A stretch of 64,000 bases of DNA, taken from an uncultured Spirochaetota bacterium. Lineage in GTDB: Bacteria > Spirochaetota > Spirochaetia > SZUA-6 > Fen-1364. The DNA lies in contig CAWJRT010000001.1 of NCBI GenBank assembly GCA_963845325.1, forward strand, positions 128,486 to 192,485. The letters run 5' to 3'. Numbering within the stretch: position 1 is the stretch's first letter; each line of letters begins with the position of its first letter. Below the pieces are notes generated by a model. That model was not told the DNA's origin and ran no database searches. It worked only from the letters and a program-made list of their open reading frames with translations. The translations under genes were made by a program, and so were the position numbers. Shown piece after piece: positions 60,427-64,000 of this stretch.

Positions 60427-62187
60427 GTGGCATATCCCGAGACAGATGACCGGGGGGCGAACAGCCCCGGGCCCGTCCCCGGTGCCGGGGAACCGGGCCC
60501 CGCGGAGGAAACGGACAGCGTCAAGCCCCACCAGCGGATCCTGAGGAGCAAGGGATTCATCCCCACCGTCGTGGTGGTTGCCCTCGTTGTCTTTGTCCTT
60601 CTCAGCCCGCGGATGGCTGGAAGCCCTCCCCGGCTCGAGTCCATTACGCCCCCCCGGGGGAAGCCCGGTGACGTCATGATCCTTTCCGGACGCAACTTCG
60701 GAAATCCCCGGGAGACCTCGGAAGTCCGCATCTCGGGCATCTCCCCGACGTCGCAGGACTATACCGAGTGGACCGATACGCGAATCAGTGTCCGCATTCC
60801 GGACGAGGCGACGTCGGGGATAGTCTATGTCCTGACGAAAAGCGGCAGGAGCGGCGGGCTGCTTTTCATCAGCCAGAGCGACATCCCGCAGCCCGCCACC
60901 GGTGCCAGTCGTCCCGGGGACCCGTACATCGTGAACAAGGACAACCCCATCCAGCCTTCTGCGGCGCGCGTCGGAGACGAAGTAACGATCTACGGAATGA
61001 ACTTCGGCCTTGAGAAGGGCAACTCGGAGGTGTACTTCACGTGGTCGGGCCTGCAGAACGCCTCCAGCGGCAGCCTCGAGCTCTCGAACCTGCTGCCGGC
61101 CCGCGACTACAATCTCGACTACGTGTCCTGGTCGGACCGCGAAATTCGGCTGCACGTGCCGGACGGCGCGGCGTCCGGCAACGTCCTGGTCAAGTCCGAC
61201 AAGGGGACCAGCAACGCCGCGTACTTCGTCGTCAACCGGGGGGCGGGGAGCAAGACATACCTGTCTCCGCGCAAGTACTCCGTGCAGTATGCGACAACCG
61301 TTTCGGTGGCGGCGGCCGCGGCGGAGAACACCCTGTATCTCTGGATGCCGCGGATCCTTCCCACGCCGGAGCAGCGCACCATCGAATCCGTGGGCCAGGA
61401 TCCCGCGGCCATGCTGGACACCACGGCTGCGTCCCTGTATTCATTCACCAACCTTCAGAAGGGCGGAAAGTACAGGGTCAGCATGAGCTGGATGTTCGAC
61501 CGCTACGCCGTGGCCACGCAGGTGAGCCCCGGGGACGTGCCGCCGTACGCGGTGAGCTCCGAGCTGTACACGAAGTTCACTGCACCCGACCGCCTCGTGC
61601 CTTCCGCCAGTCCCGACGTGGTGAAAGCCGCCGCCGTCGCGGTCGGCGGGGAGAAAAACCCCTGGCTCAAGGCCCGCAGGATCTACGACTGGCTTCTCGC
61701 GCAGGTTGCCTACAGCCCGGCCGCCGGGGAAACCACGGCCGCGCTCCGCTCAAAAAAGGGAAACGCGTTCGTCTATTCGTCGCTGTACTGCGCGCTCCTG
61801 CGTGCCGCGGGCGTTCCGGCGCGCATGGTGTCGGGATACCTTGTGGGAGACTCAGGACAACCGACGCGGCGCCATTTCTGGGACGAGTTTTACCTGGAGA
61901 CCCTTGGATGGGTTCCCGTGGATCCGACCCTGGCCGATGAGAAAACGCTCGTGCCGGCGCCGCCGTCTGCCGATTTCGATGCGCGCGCTTACTACTTCGG
62001 CAACCTCGACAACCAGCACATCACCTTCACCAAGGGGCTGGTTGAAGTGAACCAGATGAACCCGTCGGGCTCCACGCGCGAGGATCGCGACCTGCCGTAC
62101 CTGCTCAGCATCCACGAGGAGTCAGTAGGTGGGTTGACGTCGTATACGACGACCTTCGATGACCTGTCGGTGACGGGGACGTACTAG
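60427..62187 (+). CDS. Membrane-anchored protein with 2x IPT/TIG domains and a transglutaminase-like domain in which Ala replaces the catalytic Cys
   Basis: The GTG at 60427 and the TM segment FIPTVVVVALVVFVLL start the protein. The TIG repeats are ITPPRGKPGDVMILSGRNFG and VGDEVTIYGMNFG. The transglutaminase core is GNAFVYSSLYCALLRAAGVPARMVSGY (Ala at 61765-61767 where GxC is expected), followed by RHFWDEFYLETLGWVPVDPT. Confidence 0.75.
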   Translation: MAYPETDDRGANSPGPVPGAGEPGPAEETDSVKPHQRILRSKGFIPTVVVVALVVFVLLSPRMAGSPPRLESITPPRGKPGDVMILSGRNFGNPRETSEVRISGISPTSQDYTEWTDTRISVRIPDEATSGIVYVLTKSGRSGGLLFISQSDIPQPATGASRPGDPYIVNKDNPIQPSAARVGDEVTIYGMNFGLEKGNSEVYFTWSGLQNASSGSLELSNLLPARDYNLDYVSWSDREIRLHVPDGAASGNVLVKSDKGTSNAAYFVVNRGAGSKTYLSPRKYSVQYATTVSVAAAAAENTLYLWMPRILPTPEQRTIESVGQDPAAMLDTTAASLYSFTNLQKGGKYRVSMSWMFDRYAVATQVSPGDVPPYAVSSELYTKFTAPDRLVPSASPDVVKAAAVAVGGEKNPWLKARRIYDWLLAQVAYSPAAGETTAALRSKKGNAFVYSSLYCALLRAAGVPARMVSGYLVGDSGQPTRRHFWDEFYLETLGWVPVDPTLADEKTLVPAPPSADFDARAYYFGNLDNQHITFTKGLVEVNQMNPSGSTREDRDLPYLLSIHEESVGGLTSYTTTFDDLSVTGTY

Positions 62188-62539
62188 TCATAATGACGTG
62201 ACCGCCCCGATCGCAGTATCGTAGGTTGCGCTACGATCGGGAGAAGGTAGCGTAGAGCTACTATGATGCGCGTCAAGCCGCCTCTTGGTTTCCCCCTTCT
62301 TGATTTTATTTGCGTAGTTGCTGAGCTTCTTCTCGTAGAGCTTTCGGCTCAGTCCAGCGATATACCTCACGAGATAAAAGCATTCGGCGCATCATGGAAA
62401 AGATTTTACGTAGGAGCGCGATCCGAGCCGCCCGTAGCCTTTGCGAGCAACCAACTCACGGTAGAATCGCTCCAGATTGGGAGAGGAGTCCACCAGGTGG
62501 ATCACCGCCTGGGTGAAGAGGCTACGCGCAAGCGCTCGC

Positions 62540-62799
62540 GCACACGCGCAGAGAAAGCTGAGCGACAGGCGGAAGCCCTTGCACCCAAGAAGAAGAATGA
62601 CCGCGATGAGGGGGAGGCGGACCAGAAGGAACTGCCTCTGCATCGGGTGGCAAGCGAAGTGGATGGCAAGCCGAAGCCGGGGGCACAGCACAACTTCACC
62701 GACTCTGAGAGCTGCGTGGATAAGGCCCATCAAGTGATCATCGCCCACGGGGTGAGCACCCAGTCCCCGGACCAGTAGTACCTTGTGCCGATGGTGTGA
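62540..62799 (+). pseudogene. IS1182/IS5-like DDE transposase, internal fragment
   Basis: ..PGAQHNFTDSESCVDKAHQVIIAHGVSTQSPDQ*YLVPMV matches the NFTDPdS..qvIva..vt..D...L.PM region of this transposase type. It has an in-frame stop and then ends abruptly. Confidence 0.55.
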
Positions 62800-62991
62800 G
62801 AAGCGGCGGAATCCGCGCCCCTGTTCGATTTGGCCAAACACAGGTTCTACGATCACCTTGCGCCGAGAGTAGACAGTCTTCCCCTGCCCCTTGCTCAGCT
62901 TCTCTCGCATCGAAGCCCGCAGCGCTTCTGAAGGTGCTCCACGTTGTCTCTGTGCAGTGATTCTTTGAAACGAACGTACAGAGGCGGACAT
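62797..62991 (-). pseudogene. IS1182/IS5-like DDE transposase, C-terminal fragment in inverted orientation
   Basis: MREKLSKGQGKTVYSRRKVIVEPVFGQIEQGRGFRRFS matches the Y.RRk..vEpvFG.iK...GfRRF motif. The expected LRGL..V tail is missing. It abuts the plus-strand fragment at about 62797-62799. Confidence 0.55.
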
Positions 62992-62997
62992 ACAATC

Positions 62998-63018
62998 TGT
63001 AGTCAGAAATCGACTACA
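62998..63018. other. Small hairpin at the edge of the IS debris
   Basis: TGTAGTC-agaaatc-GACTACA has a perfect 7-bp stem. Confidence 0.3.
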
Positions 63019-63114
63019 TTCGCCATTGTGGAAACGGCGGCCTGCAGAATTCAGATCCCTCAGGCCCCCTCTACGCCTACGCGCTCCTATGCGCGCCTGC
63101 TCCAGTGCGGGCTT

Positions 63115-64000
63115 TTATTGCGCGGCAGCGGCCTTCCGCCGTGCCCGCTCGATCTTTTCCATTTTTCGATAGTACTCGGACTGCTTCTGGATCTCTTCAA
63201 CGTCGTTCGTGGCGATCTTGTTGTCGGCGAGCACCATCTTCTTGTTCTCGAAGAGCTTGCGGATGTAGGGGTTGCCCTTGTCGCTGGACAGGCCCACGGT
63301 GTTCAGCAGTTCCTTGGGGCCGAGCTGGAACGTATGCTTGCCTCCCGCCACCACGGGGATGCGGTTTTTTTCCAGCTGCAGCAGCAGCGCATCGTAGAGC
63401 CTGCCCACGGGGTCCGCGATGAGGGTATTGGCCAGCTGCTTGTAGATGAACCACAGCCGCTCCGCGAGGAGCGTGGTGAGGCGGGTGATCAGCTGCGGCT
63501 GACTCTGGACCATGCGCTCGAAGTTCGCTTTGTTCACCGCCATGAGGCTGCAGTCCTCGTTTGCAATTGCGGAGGCCGACCGCGGCTTGTTCTCCAGGAG
63601 GGCCATCTCGCCGAAGATATCTCCCGTCTTCAGCATGGCCAGGAGCACTTCGTTGTCCTCCACGATCTTGGTGATCTTCACCACGCCCTTCTGGATGATG
63701 TACAGCTCGGTGCCCGGCTCGTTCTCGCTGAAGATCATTGTGTTTTTCGGGTAGGTGCGAGTGAAGTCGTCCGTCACCTTTTCCAGGTACACTGCCTTCG
63801 CGTACGGGTGGATCTTTGCCATCCGCTCCTTCGCCCTGTCGGCGTTCGGATCCGTGGGACAGTTCTGAAGGAAGCGGTAGTAGGCGTAGTAGGCCTGGTT
63901 GTACTGGCTCTGCCGCGCATAGTACTCCGCCACCTTGAACAGGTGGGAGGGCTCCCCGCTGGCCGTGTTCTTGAACGTCAGCCGCGTGAGCGCTTCGTCC
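63115..64000 (-). CDS. Cyclic-nucleotide-binding domain protein; the N-terminus (TPR-like region) extends beyond the window end
   Basis: The cNMP-binding core is IFSENEPGTELYIIQKGVVKI..GDIFGEMALLENKPRSASAIA. The ORF remains open to base 64000 (..FKVAEYYARQSQYNQAYYAYYRFL..). Confidence 0.8.
   Translation of the reverse strand, partial: DEALTRLTFKNTASGEPSHLFKVAEYYARQSQYNQAYYAYYRFLQNCPTDPNADRAKERMAKIHPYAKAVYLEKVTDDFTRTYPKNTMIFSENEPGTELYIIQKGVVKITKIVEDNEVLLAMLKTGDIFGEMALLENKPRSASAIANEDCSLMAVNKANFERMVQSQPQLITRLTTLLAERLWFIYKQLANTLIADPVGRLYDALLLQLEKNRIPVVAGGKHTFQLGPKELLNTVGLSSDKGNPYIRKLFENKKMVLADNKIATNDVEEIQKQSEYYRKMEKIERARRKAAAAQ

Larger units (their letters stand above)
62188..62995. mobile_element. 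Scrambled insertion-sequence debris: at least three transposase fragments in mixed orientation, and lower GC
   Basis: See the two fragment entries. In addition, 62190-62510 on the minus strand reads ..VIHLVDSSPNLERFYRELVARKGYG..YIAGLSRKLYEKKLSNYANKIKKGE, an unassigned, possibly transposase C-terminal fragment. No intact transposase ORF and no terminal inverted repeats were identified. Confidence 0.6.

Noticed and set aside
1-64000. Search for CRISPR arrays, rRNA/tRNA genes, integrases, toxin-antitoxin pairs, reverse transcriptases and known defence-system signatures
   Set aside because: I saw no regularly spaced direct repeats and no RNA-gene signatures. None of these protein families appears in any frame of the ORF track.

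Overview
High-GC bacterial chromosomal segment with about 60 protein-coding genes. I saw no rRNA, tRNA or CRISPR array. All family calls rest on motifs I recognise by eye; no database search was possible. Left to right, the window holds: (1) a sugar-utilisation block at 1-11.7 kb, made of a FucI-like isomerase, a ChvE/MmsAB-type monosaccharide ABC transporter behind a sigma-54 promoter, a periplasmic-sensing histidine kinase, an NtrC-family activator and two orphan solute-binding proteins. (2) A lactate permease. (3) A quinone/respiration block at 13.4-30 kb, made of a polyprenyl synthase, a DUF981-like membrane protein, a MenA-like prenyltransferase, an 11-gene nuoABCDHIJKLMN operon without nuoEFG, an amidase and korAB. 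(4) A histidine kinase/receiver pair and a DEAD-box helicase. (5) A decayed patch at 33.7-34.7 kb with a pterin dehydratase fragment and an internally deleted DUF3494 ice-binding-like gene. (6) An OFA-type MFS transporter, a GH3 hydrolase, a Cys-rich PAS kinase, AhpC, an S51 peptidase, an aldo-keto reductase and an alpha/beta hydrolase. (7) An XPB/ERCC3-type helicase ATGA-coupled to a large partner that carries an XPB-N-terminal-like domain. (8) HAD and GNAT genes, pyrC, a pyrB-pyrI fusion, an RluA-family synthase, a DHOD-like protein and ackA. (9) An orphan secreted protein behind tandem palindromes, then murB and cysS. (10) A four-gene ECF sigma / anti-sigma / secreted protein / TIG-transglutaminase-like module next to scrambled IS debris. 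The dominant technical feature is that about 25 genes, including essential ones, have broken reading frames, while 52.4-62.2 kb is clean. This most likely reflects indel sequencing or assembly errors, so I report such genes as one span typed pseudogene (as sequenced). The most interesting candidates are the SBP-assisted sigma-54 sugar-sensing circuit, the NuoEFG-less complex I island with korAB, the XPB-partner pair, the ECF/transglutaminase-like envelope module and several unexplained palindromic or tandem operator-like sites.
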